This document shows positions 1 to 8,806 of a stretch of 43,549 nt of DNA, piece by piece. The notes beneath the pieces were generated by a model. The model was not told where the DNA came from and did no database searches. It saw only the letters and a program-made list of their open reading frames with translations. Source of the stretch: a virus. The position numbers and the translations under genes were made by a program. How positions within the stretch are numbered: position 1 is the stretch's first letter; every line of letters begins with the position of its first letter. The DNA lies in IMG/VR virus record IMGVR_UViG_3300040770_000007, positions 1 to 43,549 of that record, one strand, 5' to 3'.

Positions 1-55
1 ACGATTATTCAATCCAAAGTCAGAGTTTTACAATAAGGACGAGGCGGACGAATGG
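1..55. repeat. Terminal overlap: nt 1-55 are identical to nt 43495-43549 (circular-assembly signature)
   Basis: Direct comparison of both window ends. Both copies lie in the same reading frame of the large-terminase ORF. Confidence 0.95.
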
Positions 56-823
56 ACAATTATTTGTTTCCAATCGTTGAAAGAAGCAAAATTGCCAATT
101 GCGGGATCCTTGGAATACGAAGATCCAAGACAGATTGACGACGCGTTGTGGGAATCGAAGCATTCAGCAAAAAAACATTTGAAACAAAAAAGGATCAGTC
201 CAACAACTTTTGCGTCCCTTGGACAACAAAGACCGTCCCCGGCGTCGGGAAATAAGATAAAGAAAGAATGGTTCAATGTGATCAAAGAATCGGAATTGCC
301 ATTCAATCCGGGTTCAATAAAAAAAGACTTTTGGATCGACGGCGCGTTCACCGATAAAGTGGAAAACGATGAATCCGCACAAATGTCGTGTTCAATGTAT
401 AAAGGCAATTTATACATTTTCAATTGTCACGGTGTCCGGAAGGAATTGGACGGATATTTGAAATACATTGTTCCGTGGTTAAAGTCTTCCGGATATAAAC
501 CGACATCAAGTGTTTTTATTGAAATGAAGGCGTCCGGATATGGATTTTATTCGATGTTAAAGTCCCCAAATTACGGGAACCACAATTGCCGAAAGATCAA
601 TTCAAAAGTTGTTGCAAGCGGAAAAATGACAAGGGTTGAAGCGATTCAACCAACATTGGCATCCGGGAAAGTTTTTTTGGTTTCCGGATCTTGGAATGAA
701 TCATTTATGGATCAATGCGCGTCATTCCCCAATGACACCCACGACGATATGGTTGACGTTTTGGCGTATGCAATACACGAATATTTCATTTATGACACGG
801 ACGTTGATGTTTCTTATAGTTAA
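2..823 (+). CDS. terL: Terminase large subunit, C-terminal nuclease half. The gene wraps around the window ends; its 5' part is 42827..43549 and the non-redundant part here is 56..823.
   Basis: The frame is open from the window start and is contiguous with ORF 42827..43549 across the 55-nt overlap. It carries nuclease-type acidic motifs (FWIDGAFTD, NDTHDDMVDVLAYAI). Stop codon at 821-823. Confidence 0.9.
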   Translation, partial: RLFNPKSEFYNKDEADEWTIICFQSLKEAKLPIAGSLEYEDPRQIDDALWESKHSAKKHLKQKRISPTTFASLGQQRPSPASGNKIKKEWFNVIKESELPFNPGSIKKDFWIDGAFTDKVENDESAQMSCSMYKGNLYIFNCHGVRKELDGYLKYIVPWLKSSGYKPTSSVFIEMKASGYGFYSMLKSPNYGNHNCRKINSKVVASGKMTRVEAIQPTLASGKVFLVSGSWNESFMDQCASFPNDTHDDMVDVLAYAIHEYFIYDTDVDVSYS

Positions 824-885
824 AAAATCATATATTTGTGATGCTCAAATTTTTCATTGTTTTATTATTTGGTTTTTAGCATTAG

Positions 886-920
886 ACACACAATCTTTCG
901 GTTGTGTGTTTTTTGTTTTT
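886..920 (+). terminator. Rho-independent terminator after terL
   Basis: Stem ACACACAA(886-893)/TTGTGTGT(902-909), 8-nt loop, followed by TTTTTGTTTTT. Confidence 0.6.
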
Positions 921-934
921 ATTATATATCAAAA

Positions 935-956
935 TTTTTTACATAAATTTGTCAAG
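935..956 (+). promoter_or_regulatory. Candidate late-promoter motif TTTTTT-NN-ATAAATTTGT-N-AAG (copy 2), containing a -7-like TAAATTTG box
   Basis: 19 of 22 nt are identical to 41852..41873. It is intergenic, just downstream of a terminator and upstream of ORF 1022. There is no -33 TTTG at consensus spacing. Confidence 0.3.
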
Positions 957-1021
957 ACTTCAAAGGGAAAGCGGTCGCATTTTCTAAAAAAAATCATTAT
1001 TAATTTTTAAATTTATTTATT

Positions 1022-1636
1022 ATGGATTGTAATTGTCCCGCGCCGTCAGCATTGACGGAAATTATTGCCGAATTTTGTGGTGTTGATTTGAAACAAATTC
1101 AACGTCTTGGATTTCAAAGAGGGGGCGACCTTTTTGATTCAGCCGGAACCGTGCCGTCCGACATTTTATTGTTGTCATCTTGGCAAGCTAAAATGACGGC
1201 AACCGATGACACAAAAATCGTTTTGACGCCAATGATCGGTGGCGATGCCGTGATTCAAGCCGGTGAAGCTATCACAACCGGGGGTGGCGACAACTCAACA
1301 TTGAATGGTGTTGAAGAAGTTGAAGGCGTGAACCCGTCGTCATTCACTTGTATGTTTAAATCACTTTCATCAACGGTTGAAAAACAATTGAAGGCGTTGA
1401 ATTGCGAAAGAAACTTGGTTGTGTATTTGTTCTTACAAGGTGGACGAATTGCAGTTGTTAAGATCACGGAAACACAAAAGAAAGGATTTGACATCCAATC
1501 TGTTTTTGTTTCAGATAGAAACAACGCCGGTTTCGGAACCAAAGACAACGTGTCAATGCGTTTCAGTTTGTCGGAAGGTTGGTCGGACAATCTTGAAATT
1601 GTGAAACCAAGTTTTAACCCGTTCACGGACATATAA
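1022..1636 (+). CDS. Virion-module protein of unknown function (204 aa), possibly tail-tube-like
   Basis: Clean ORF with genome-typical codon usage, lying between terL and the portal candidate. The tail-tube resemblance is an impression only. Confidence 0.7.
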   Translation: MDCNCPAPSALTEIIAEFCGVDLKQIQRLGFQRGGDLFDSAGTVPSDILLLSSWQAKMTATDDTKIVLTPMIGGDAVIQAGEAITTGGGDNSTLNGVEEVEGVNPSSFTCMFKSLSSTVEKQLKALNCERNLVVYLFLQGGRIAVVKITETQKKGFDIQSVFVSDRNNAGFGTKDNVSMRFSLSEGWSDNLEIVKPSFNPFTDI

Positions 1637-1661
1637 GTCCCGGACATAAAAACAAATTAAA

Positions 1662-1829
1662 ATGGCAAATAAACTTGTTGTTAAATTAAAGGCGAAGGAT
1701 CAAAAAAACGGAAAAACAACGGAATTCGAGATCCAACAAGCCAACAAACTTTTGTCTTTGAACAATTCACAATGGGAATTGGAAGACAAGTTGTTTAAAT
1801 GGAACGGAACAGAAATCGCAAAAGTTTAA
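1662..1829 (+). CDS. Small hypothetical protein (55 aa, MANKLVVKLKAKDQ...)
   Basis: An ATG ORF below the ORF-track size cutoff that fills the 1637-1833 gap. It has an A-rich leader, and its stop is 4 nt before the next start. Confidence 0.4.
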   Translation: MANKLVVKLKAKDQKNGKTTEFEIQQANKLLSLNNSQWELEDKLFKWNGTEIAKV

Positions 1830-1833
1830 ATTT

Positions 1834-3558
1834 ATGACATTGAACGAACAAACGGCGATGGACGTCATCAAGAATCCAAAGTCAAAAAAGGAAATATTAT
1901 CAGTAATGAAACAAGAATCCCAATTGCGGGTGTTCACGGAAGAAATGTCGGAAGACGAATTGAAAAGTGAATCGTATTGGGATGACCTATTGTTGAAAAT
2001 GAAGTCGAGATCCGACAAGAAATTTCCAAGGGTGATTCAGTTCGCGCGTTATCCATTGCCGGTCGTTCAATTGTGTGATTCAGTACTAAATGATTTTTTC
2101 AAAGTGTTTGAAGGGAAAAACCGTTTTTTCAACATTGACGGCGATCGCGACATTCAAACATTGAATCAATGGGTGTTGAAAGAAAAGCCGGCAAAGTGGA
2201 TTGAAAAATTCGCCAAACAAGTTTTCAAGAACAAACCAAATTCATTCGCGGTTGTGGATAAAGATCAAGACGGAAAGCCATATTTGGTTTTTGTTGATTC
2301 AAACCGATTGATCGACGCCCAATTCAAAGACGACGAAGGAAATTTGGAATATATAGCGTTCATCCATTCGCAAAAACAACACGAAACACAAACCGACGTC
2401 ATCACGACGTTTTTTTCCGTTTATGATGATACAAATTATTTTGTATTTTCAAAGGATTCAAACGCGGATCAATTGATCAAGGTTAGTCAAACGGAACACG
2501 GGATCGGGTATTGTCCCGCGAAATCATTCATCAAGACAACATCCAATCAAAAGAATAAATTCAAAAGACGAATTGCGTTTTCGTCCGCATTGTCAAAATT
2601 GGAAGATTGGACGATCTTTGATATATTTCGAAATTATGTCGATCATTACGCACCATTCCCAATCACGGAATCACCAAAAAGAAAATGTCCAAATTCAGAG
2701 TGTCAAGAAGGAAAGGTCGCGGATGAAATCGTTGTGAATGCAATGACGGACGAAAGAAAGATCATTTGGTCAGATTGTCAAGCGTGTGGCGGTTCCGATG
2801 GTGGACAACATATTTATCCCGGAACACACATTGGAATCAAAGTTCAATCTGACAAATCAATCAATGACGGATCCGGTGTTTTTCGAATGATATTCCCGGA
2901 AGTTGACAAGTTGAAGTATGTCCCGGAAAAGTTGGACGACATCGAATTGGAAGTTCGTTTCAAAACGGTAGGTGTGAACAACGTGAATTCGGAAGCAATT
3001 AACGAATTGCAAGTGAAAGGATCATTCGCGTCAATGGAATCCATATTGTTGAGAAACAAAACAGAAATGGACGAATTGTTCAAATGGATCGTAAAAACCG
3101 CCGGACGTGTTTTATATAAAGATATTAGTTTGGAAGTCGATGCGAATTTTGGAACGGAATTTTATTTGATTTCGGAAGACGATTTGCAAAAAAGATACAA
3201 GAACGCCAAGGACGCCGGGTTCCCAATGGAAGAACTTTTAATGATTTACATACAATTGATCGAAACGAAATACAAAGGAAACGACGTGAAAGTCGCAAGA
3301 CAAAAAATGTTGTTGGAATTGGATCCTTTGCCTTTGTTTTCTATTACGGAAGCGGTTTCAATGAAGGATAAAAATATCATTGACAATTTTGATTTGGTGT
3401 TAAAAATCAATTTTCTAAATTTTATTAGTAAATTTGAAAGCGAAAACGCACCAATCACGCAATTTGGGATCAACTTGGAACCACATAAAAGGATTGAAGC
3501 AATTAAAAAAACCTTAATTATTTACACAAATGAAAACATTCAAAGCAAACAATTATGA
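1834..3558 (+). CDS. Portal protein candidate (574 aa)
   Basis: Size and position: first large ORF after terL and upstream of the scaffold-like and capsid-like ORFs. Called on synteny only. Confidence 0.6.
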   Translation: MTLNEQTAMDVIKNPKSKKEILSVMKQESQLRVFTEEMSEDELKSESYWDDLLLKMKSRSDKKFPRVIQFARYPLPVVQLCDSVLNDFFKVFEGKNRFFNIDGDRDIQTLNQWVLKEKPAKWIEKFAKQVFKNKPNSFAVVDKDQDGKPYLVFVDSNRLIDAQFKDDEGNLEYIAFIHSQKQHETQTDVITTFFSVYDDTNYFVFSKDSNADQLIKVSQTEHGIGYCPAKSFIKTTSNQKNKFKRRIAFSSALSKLEDWTIFDIFRNYVDHYAPFPITESPKRKCPNSECQEGKVADEIVVNAMTDERKIIWSDCQACGGSDGGQHIYPGTHIGIKVQSDKSINDGSGVFRMIFPEVDKLKYVPEKLDDIELEVRFKTVGVNNVNSEAINELQVKGSFASMESILLRNKTEMDELFKWIVKTAGRVLYKDISLEVDANFGTEFYLISEDDLQKRYKNAKDAGFPMEELLMIYIQLIETKYKGNDVKVARQKMLLELDPLPLFSITEAVSMKDKNIIDNFDLVLKINFLNFISKFESENAPITQFGINLEPHKRIEAIKKTLIIYTNENIQSKQL

Positions 3559-4144
3559 TCAAGCGGTTAAAGAGATCGACGCGCTTGACAAAAGCAAAAC
3601 GGAAGTGATCAAAGAAGACATCCGATTTGAAGACAGAAAACATTTTCACGTTGCAATGGTTCGAATCACGGATCGTCCGGGTGAAGCCAAAAACGACGTT
3701 TCGGTTAATGTCCAAATGTTTCACGATCAAGGATTCGTCAAATTACAAAAAAGTTTTTCTTTTTTAGGTTGGAATAAATTGGTTGTTGTTCACGATCCAA
3801 GACAAAACGAAATCGAAGCAACAAACCCAACGATCGAAAAAGATTCAGCAATGAAGACACCGGCGGAAATTGAAGCGGAAATCGAAGCGAAAGCCGAAAA
3901 AATGTTTCAAGAAAAGTTGGCAAAAATGGAAGCGGGGAAAAAAACAAGTGATTCGACAAAATCGGGTGACGTTCCGGAAGTTGGAAAGGATTCACAAATG
4001 GAGTTTTTTGCAAGTTCAACCGTTGATCAGTTAAAAGAATACGCAAAGACCAATGAAATCGATTTGTCCGGGTTAAAAGCCAAAGAAGACATAAAATTGG
4101 CGATCGTGACTTGGTATGAAGACCAACAAAACGAAACAAAATAA
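3530..4144 (+). CDS. Hypothetical head-module protein (204 aa) with a C-terminal HeH/Rho-N-like helix-extension-helix motif
   Basis: The C-terminal segment STVDQLKEYAKTNEIDLSGLKAKEDIKLAI resembles Rho-N/SAP-like motifs common in phage proteins. An acidic EIEAEIEAKAEK linker is present. Confidence 0.7.
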   Translation: MKTFKANNYDQAVKEIDALDKSKTEVIKEDIRFEDRKHFHVAMVRITDRPGEAKNDVSVNVQMFHDQGFVKLQKSFSFLGWNKLVVVHDPRQNEIEATNPTIEKDSAMKTPAEIEAEIEAKAEKMFQEKLAKMEAGKKTSDSTKSGDVPEVGKDSQMEFFASSTVDQLKEYAKTNEIDLSGLKAKEDIKLAIVTWYEDQQNETK

Positions 4145-4187
4145 TATCAAAGAAATTAAATTTTATTAATCCATAAAACGGGAAAAA

Positions 4188-5159
4188 ATGGAAATCGAAC
4201 AAATAATTGAAGCATTTAAAACGAATCCAACATTGATCGAAGGCGTGTTGCCAACAATAGTTGAAACGGAAATCGGAAAGTCTTATATTGAAAACAAATC
4301 AAAATTGGTTTATGAATCAAAAATCGGTGATGAGGTCAAAAAAATTCACGATATGTATGACAACGACATTTTCGAAAGTCTTGGAGTACGCGCCGGAACA
4401 AAAGAAGACGGAAGCAAAGAAAAGACGTATGAATTCGCGAAAAAATTATTCGGTGAATTAAAGGATTTAAGAGGTCAAAAAGATTCTTTGTCAAAAGACG
4501 CAAAGGTGATCGAGTTGGAAGGCAAGATCGAAGCGTTGAAGTTGGAAGGCGGTGGAAAGTTCATCCAAGAAACATTCGAAAAAGCCAAACAAGCGTGGGA
4601 ATCGGAAAAGAATGAATTTATCAATAAGATCACAACTTCAAAAACTGAAAACGAAACGTTCCAAAAAAGAACAACTATTCAGTCAGCAATACAAAACATA
4701 AAATTCAATCCGGACACACCGGAATCAATTCGAAAAATGGTTTTGGCAAGCGCGGAAAGTGAAATGATCAAGAATTCAAAATTTGAAGACGGGAAATTGG
4801 TTTTCCTTGATGCCGACGGAAAGGTTTCAATTGATTCGAGTAATTACAAACCAAAAGACGCGATCCAAGTGTTGAACGCAATGGACGCGATCAAAGATAT
4901 TTCGTTGAAAGACGGAAAAGAAAAAGGCGGTGGCGGTGCGGACAAAGTCATCACGGGTTCAATTCAAACAACAAAGGTCGAAGGGAAAGACACAAAAACG
5001 TTAATTTTATCCGAAGGAATCAAAACAAAAGCGGAATTCATTGAAGTGAGTGAAAAAGCGTTGTTTGATTCGGGAATCACAAGACGTGATCCCCTTTGGA
5101 ACGAATTGCAAAACAAAGCATACAAGGAATTGAATATTTCAGCATTGCCACCGCAATAA
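4188..5159 (+). CDS. Scaffolding protein candidate (323 aa)
   Basis: K/E-rich, coiled-coil-like composition, immediately upstream of the capsid candidate. Confidence 0.5.
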   Translation: MEIEQIIEAFKTNPTLIEGVLPTIVETEIGKSYIENKSKLVYESKIGDEVKKIHDMYDNDIFESLGVRAGTKEDGSKEKTYEFAKKLFGELKDLRGQKDSLSKDAKVIELEGKIEALKLEGGGKFIQETFEKAKQAWESEKNEFINKITTSKTENETFQKRTTIQSAIQNIKFNPDTPESIRKMVLASAESEMIKNSKFEDGKLVFLDADGKVSIDSSNYKPKDAIQVLNAMDAIKDISLKDGKEKGGGGADKVITGSIQTTKVEGKDTKTLILSEGIKTKAEFIEVSEKALFDSGITRRDPLWNELQNKAYKELNISALPPQ

Positions 5160-5199
5160 GTAGAGTTTATTTATTGTTTAATTAAAAAAAATCAAAATT

Positions 5200-6264
5200 A
5201 TGAGTTTAGTAAAAACTTATTTACAAGACATTCGCGCGAATCACCCTTCGAACCTTGATCGTGATGAATTAAGAATCACACAAAACGGATTGTTGACTGC
5301 TGTTTCAGAAATGACAACGTCCCCAAATTCCGTGATTTCCCCGGATTTAAGACAAAAGGCGGAAACGTCACAAGGACGAAACCTTGATGTCCCGGTGATG
5401 AAAAAAGGAAACATCACAATTTCTAACGTTCGTTCTTGTACCATTGGCGGAAGTCAATCGGAATCGGACTTGGTTCGCGTTGTATGGAAAACAGTTGTTG
5501 CGGACATTTTAATGGTTCCGTCACAATACGAAAAAAACCAAATTAGCTATCAATTTGATTTGGGTAAAAAGATCCGCGAAACGGTTGAAGCGTTCAAAGT
5601 TGAAATCGAAAATGATTTGGACACGGCGTTTGATGCGAATAAATCGCAAGTTTACGGATCAAGTATTGTTGGATCAAAATACGCGTTGACGGGTTCAGCT
5701 ATTCAAGTGACGCCGGGATTGTTAAATTTCTTTTTCAATGACTTGGAACCGATAAATTTTGCGGACGATTTCAACGAACCAACGATCCGCGTGATCGCGA
5801 ATCACGTTGTAATGCCGACGGTTAATCAATTCATCAATCAAGGCGGTGGAAATAACACAAACACAAATTTCCAATTTGCCGGAAAGAATTTCACGTTTTC
5901 AAACAGAATTTCAAACGGTGTTGGTGTGTTGGCGACGGGTTATTTTATGCCGGACGGATCGGTTGGAATGTTGACACGTGTTGATATTGACGCAAGAATG
6001 GGACACAAAGCCGGCGACGGGACTGAATGGATGGAAGAAACTTTGCCGGGACTTTCATTTCCGGTTGGCATCCAATACAAATCGAAATGTGATGACCAAT
6101 CAGCATTGGAAACCGCCGGTTTGGGACATTTAACCGCGACGTTAGTTGAACACTATCAAATTTCATTTGATTATGCGATTGTGACACCTTACAATTCGAA
6201 TTTGACAACAAAACCGGGTTCAATTAGAAAGTTTGAATTTGTTCCGGAACCGGTTGTGGTTTAA
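5200..6264 (+). CDS. Major capsid protein candidate (354 aa)
   Basis: Follows the scaffold-like ORF and is followed by the strongest terminator in the window. Called on synteny and size only. Confidence 0.6.
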   Translation: MSLVKTYLQDIRANHPSNLDRDELRITQNGLLTAVSEMTTSPNSVISPDLRQKAETSQGRNLDVPVMKKGNITISNVRSCTIGGSQSESDLVRVVWKTVVADILMVPSQYEKNQISYQFDLGKKIRETVEAFKVEIENDLDTAFDANKSQVYGSSIVGSKYALTGSAIQVTPGLLNFFFNDLEPINFADDFNEPTIRVIANHVVMPTVNQFINQGGGNNTNTNFQFAGKNFTFSNRISNGVGVLATGYFMPDGSVGMLTRVDIDARMGHKAGDGTEWMEETLPGLSFPVGIQYKSKCDDQSALETAGLGHLTATLVEHYQISFDYAIVTPYNSNLTTKPGSIRKFEFVPEPVVV

Positions 6265-6294
6265 TTATCGGGATTAAATAATCAACAATTGATC

Positions 6295-6336
6295 AAACGC
6301 CGTTTGTTTCCGTTTTGGATCAAACGGCGTTTTTTT
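6295..6336 (+). terminator. Strong rho-independent terminator after the capsid gene
   Basis: Perfect 12-bp stem AAACGCCGTTTG(6295-6306)/CAAACGGCGTTT(6321-6332), 14-nt loop, T-run to 6336. Confidence 0.8.
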
Positions 6337-6359
6337 ATTAATCTAAAATCAAAAATAAA

Positions 6360-7496
6360 ATGTTTAAATCAACAAAAGTTGTCCCGGCGTACAAAAACTT
6401 GATCGGATGGCGAAAATATCAAGACGAATCAATCAATATACCGGTTGAGTTTGAAACAAGCGAATCCGGGGAATATTATCAACAAAAACATCCGGCGTTG
6501 CAATTAGACATCATTCAATCATTGATCCCGGCAAACCTTCCGTTGGCGGATTATTTGGAAAATACCGTGACGGACGCATCAAATGAAATTTTCAACGATT
6601 TATTGCAGTATAGACAGTTGAACGAATACGGAAAAACATTGTTGGAACAATCCGTTTTGTTGAATCGTTATGGTTGGGCGAATGACAAGATCACAAACCA
6701 AAATCGTTTTGTTGGGTTTCAGATACGAACGCGATCATTGACCGGTTTACAAACATTGATCAATGAAATAGGATTGCAGTTTTCCGGCGCGGAATCCTTC
6801 GATCTTTTCTTGTTTCATTCATCAAAGGCGGAACCATTGAAAGAAATCCCAATCACAACAACCGGGAATGGAAATTGGAATTGGATCAAAAGTGATTTGG
6901 AATTGTCCGCGTTTGAATCACAAGAATTTCAAGGCGGTGTCTTTGTCCTTGGTTATTATCAAGAAGACGTGGTGACGAATGCGGTCAATTATACTTCATT
7001 CAATTGGGACAAGGGTGTTTGCGGTGGGTGCAATGATCCACATTTGGGTGTTTGGCGATCAATACAAAAGAATTTCCACATTTATCCAATTTATGTCCCG
7101 TCGGGATCATTTGTGAAAGGGGAAATGTTTGATTTGCAAAAAGCGATGTTTATCAATGATCAATCGTGGGGATTGAATTTGAAATTGACCGTTCGTTGTG
7201 ATCTTTCGGATTTTTTCATCCAAAACAAATTCGTCTTCAAAAATTTGTTGGCGTTGAAGGTAGTTCACCGAATTTTGAATGATATGAAATTCAGTCAACA
7301 AATTAATTCAGTTGAAGAAAATATCAAAATGATGATCATTCGTGATTTGGAAGGGGACATCGACACGAAATTGACCAACATTCCTTCGCAATACCAAAAA
7401 GAATTGAAGGCGGTTTCGTTTAATATGTCCGGGATAAATTCAAAATGTCTTGGTTGTGTTGATGAAGGTTTTTCACCAACATTCGGTGTCGTGTGA
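6360..7496 (+). CDS. Structural-module protein, function unknown (378 aa)
   Basis: Long ORF between the capsid and tail genes. Its stop overlaps the next start (GTGATG). Confidence 0.8.
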   Translation: MFKSTKVVPAYKNLIGWRKYQDESINIPVEFETSESGEYYQQKHPALQLDIIQSLIPANLPLADYLENTVTDASNEIFNDLLQYRQLNEYGKTLLEQSVLLNRYGWANDKITNQNRFVGFQIRTRSLTGLQTLINEIGLQFSGAESFDLFLFHSSKAEPLKEIPITTTGNGNWNWIKSDLELSAFESQEFQGGVFVLGYYQEDVVTNAVNYTSFNWDKGVCGGCNDPHLGVWRSIQKNFHIYPIYVPSGSFVKGEMFDLQKAMFINDQSWGLNLKLTVRCDLSDFFIQNKFVFKNLLALKVVHRILNDMKFSQQINSVEENIKMMIIRDLEGDIDTKLTNIPSQYQKELKAVSFNMSGINSKCLGCVDEGFSPTFGVV

Positions 7497-7930
7497 TGTT
7501 TGGCGCGCAAAAAAAATTCATTGACGATTTACAATTTCAGTTGATGAAGGAATTGGAAATGACGATCCGGGCGTTTGATTTTGTTTTGAAAGATTATATT
7601 ATAAATAAACAACTATTCACGCAAGGGATCGACGGTGACGGAATTAAACTTCCGGGATATAAAAGAACAACAATTCGGATCAAAATCGCGAAAGGGGATC
7701 CGGTTGATCGTACAACGTTACGCGATAAGGGTGAATTTTACGCACACATTCGAATTGATGCGTTTTCCGACCGTTTCGAAGTCGGTTCGGATGTTAGTCA
7801 CGACAAATTCATTTTCAAGCGTTACGGGTTAAATGTGTTAAAAATAACAAATGAAAATATTCGTGAATTTATGAACGTTTATTTTTTACCAAATTTAAAA
7901 GAGTATGTCAGTAAGCAAATTACAAGATAA
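7493..7930 (+). CDS. Head-tail joining region protein, function unknown (145 aa)
   Basis: ORF translationally coupled to both neighbours. Position is the only functional evidence. Confidence 0.7.
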   Translation: MMFGAQKKFIDDLQFQLMKELEMTIRAFDFVLKDYIINKQLFTQGIDGDGIKLPGYKRTTIRIKIAKGDPVDRTTLRDKGEFYAHIRIDAFSDRFEVGSDVSHDKFIFKRYGLNVLKITNENIREFMNVYFLPNLKEYVSKQITR

Positions 7931-8492
7931 ACCGGTGATTGTTGGATCACCAATCGAAATTGAATTCGCCGTGAATGAGATCCGAAAAGTTTTGTCCGGA
8001 TTGAATTGGTTGGATCGTCCTTATTTCATCGCCCAACGTTTTTTTCGAAGGGTTGGTGAAAAATCATTTTACTATCCGGAAACATACGCGCCGGAATCGC
8101 CGGGTTTGCGCAATTACAAAAGATTGACACCCGACAATGATTTCAAGGGAATGTGTTTTTTTATGGTTGGTAACGGGATCAATGATTTTGAATCAAACCA
8201 ACAAAACTTTTTGACATATAGGGTTTCAATTATTTTTTCGGTGAATTTGGAATTGATCGACAAACCAAAGTTGGATCAAGGATTGTTCACACAAGAATTG
8301 ATCCGGGATGTTCGTCGTTTATTGACGGAAACAATGGCGAATCACGAATTTGACTATAAAATAAAGACGGAAACCCGCGATTTGAAAGATTGTTTCCGGG
8401 AATTTGTCTTGGATGACATTGAATCATATAATCGCGCACCTATGCAATGTTTTCGAATCGAACTTGATGTCCGTGTTCAAGAAAGTTGCTAA
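7905..8492 (+). CDS. Head-tail/tail region protein, function unknown (195 aa)
   Basis: ORF overlapping the previous gene by 26 nt. Position is the only functional evidence. Confidence 0.7.
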   Translation: MSVSKLQDKPVIVGSPIEIEFAVNEIRKVLSGLNWLDRPYFIAQRFFRRVGEKSFYYPETYAPESPGLRNYKRLTPDNDFKGMCFFMVGNGINDFESNQQNFLTYRVSIIFSVNLELIDKPKLDQGLFTQELIRDVRRLLTETMANHEFDYKIKTETRDLKDCFREFVLDDIESYNRAPMQCFRIELDVRVQESC

Positions 8493-8527
8493 TTTTACAG
8501 AAATAATAATCACTAAAAATAAATAGT

Positions 8528-8806
8528 ATGTTGCAATCAATTTTAATCGTCGCGTTTTTGGTTTATTTCATTGACGCCATTTTTGTCAAACATCACGTTT
8601 GGGAAAAAATAAAAGTTTGGGGATCTTATGCCAAAATTCAATTCCTTTTCGAGTTGAGTTTTTGTCGTTTTTGTTTGATGTTTCATATTGGGGTGATCAT
8701 AACGGTTTTTTATGGTTTCGTTTTTGGTTTCGATTGGACATTGATAATTGTTCCATTTGCCGTTGCCGGATTAACAAGATTAATCGAAAGACGCAATGAT
8801 ATATAA
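8528..8806 (+). CDS. Small integral membrane protein (92 aa) with a CxxC motif, DUF1360-like impression
   Basis: Three hydrophobic segments (ILIVAFLVYFIDAIFV, CLMFHIGVIITVFYGFVFGF, LIIVPFAVAGL) and an ELSFCRFCLMFH motif. Confidence 0.6.
   Translation: MLQSILIVAFLVYFIDAIFVKHHVWEKIKVWGSYAKIQFLFELSFCRFCLMFHIGVIITVFYGFVFGFDWTLIIVPFAVAGLTRLIERRNDI

Noticed and set aside
1-55. The 55-bp terminal direct repeat as a physical genome end (short DTR as in T7-like phages).
   Set aside because: The repeat lies inside the terL coding sequence and joins the two halves in frame. An assembler overlap on a circular or concatemeric template is the simpler explanation. The true termini cannot be determined from sequence alone.
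3429-3436. A third TAAATTTG box (inside the portal gene) as another late promoter.
   Set aside because: Only the bare 8-mer matches, without the flanking TTTTTT-NN-A / T-N-AAG context. An AT-rich 8-mer is expected a few times by chance in 43 kb, and this one is intragenic.
3658-3667. GGTTCGAATC, which resembles a tRNA T-arm/T-loop.
   Set aside because: It lies inside ORF 3530..4144 (codons ATG GTT CGA ATC ACG). The flanks give no complementary acceptor or T-stem pairing. I found no cloverleaf anywhere in the intergenic regions, so no tRNA is called.
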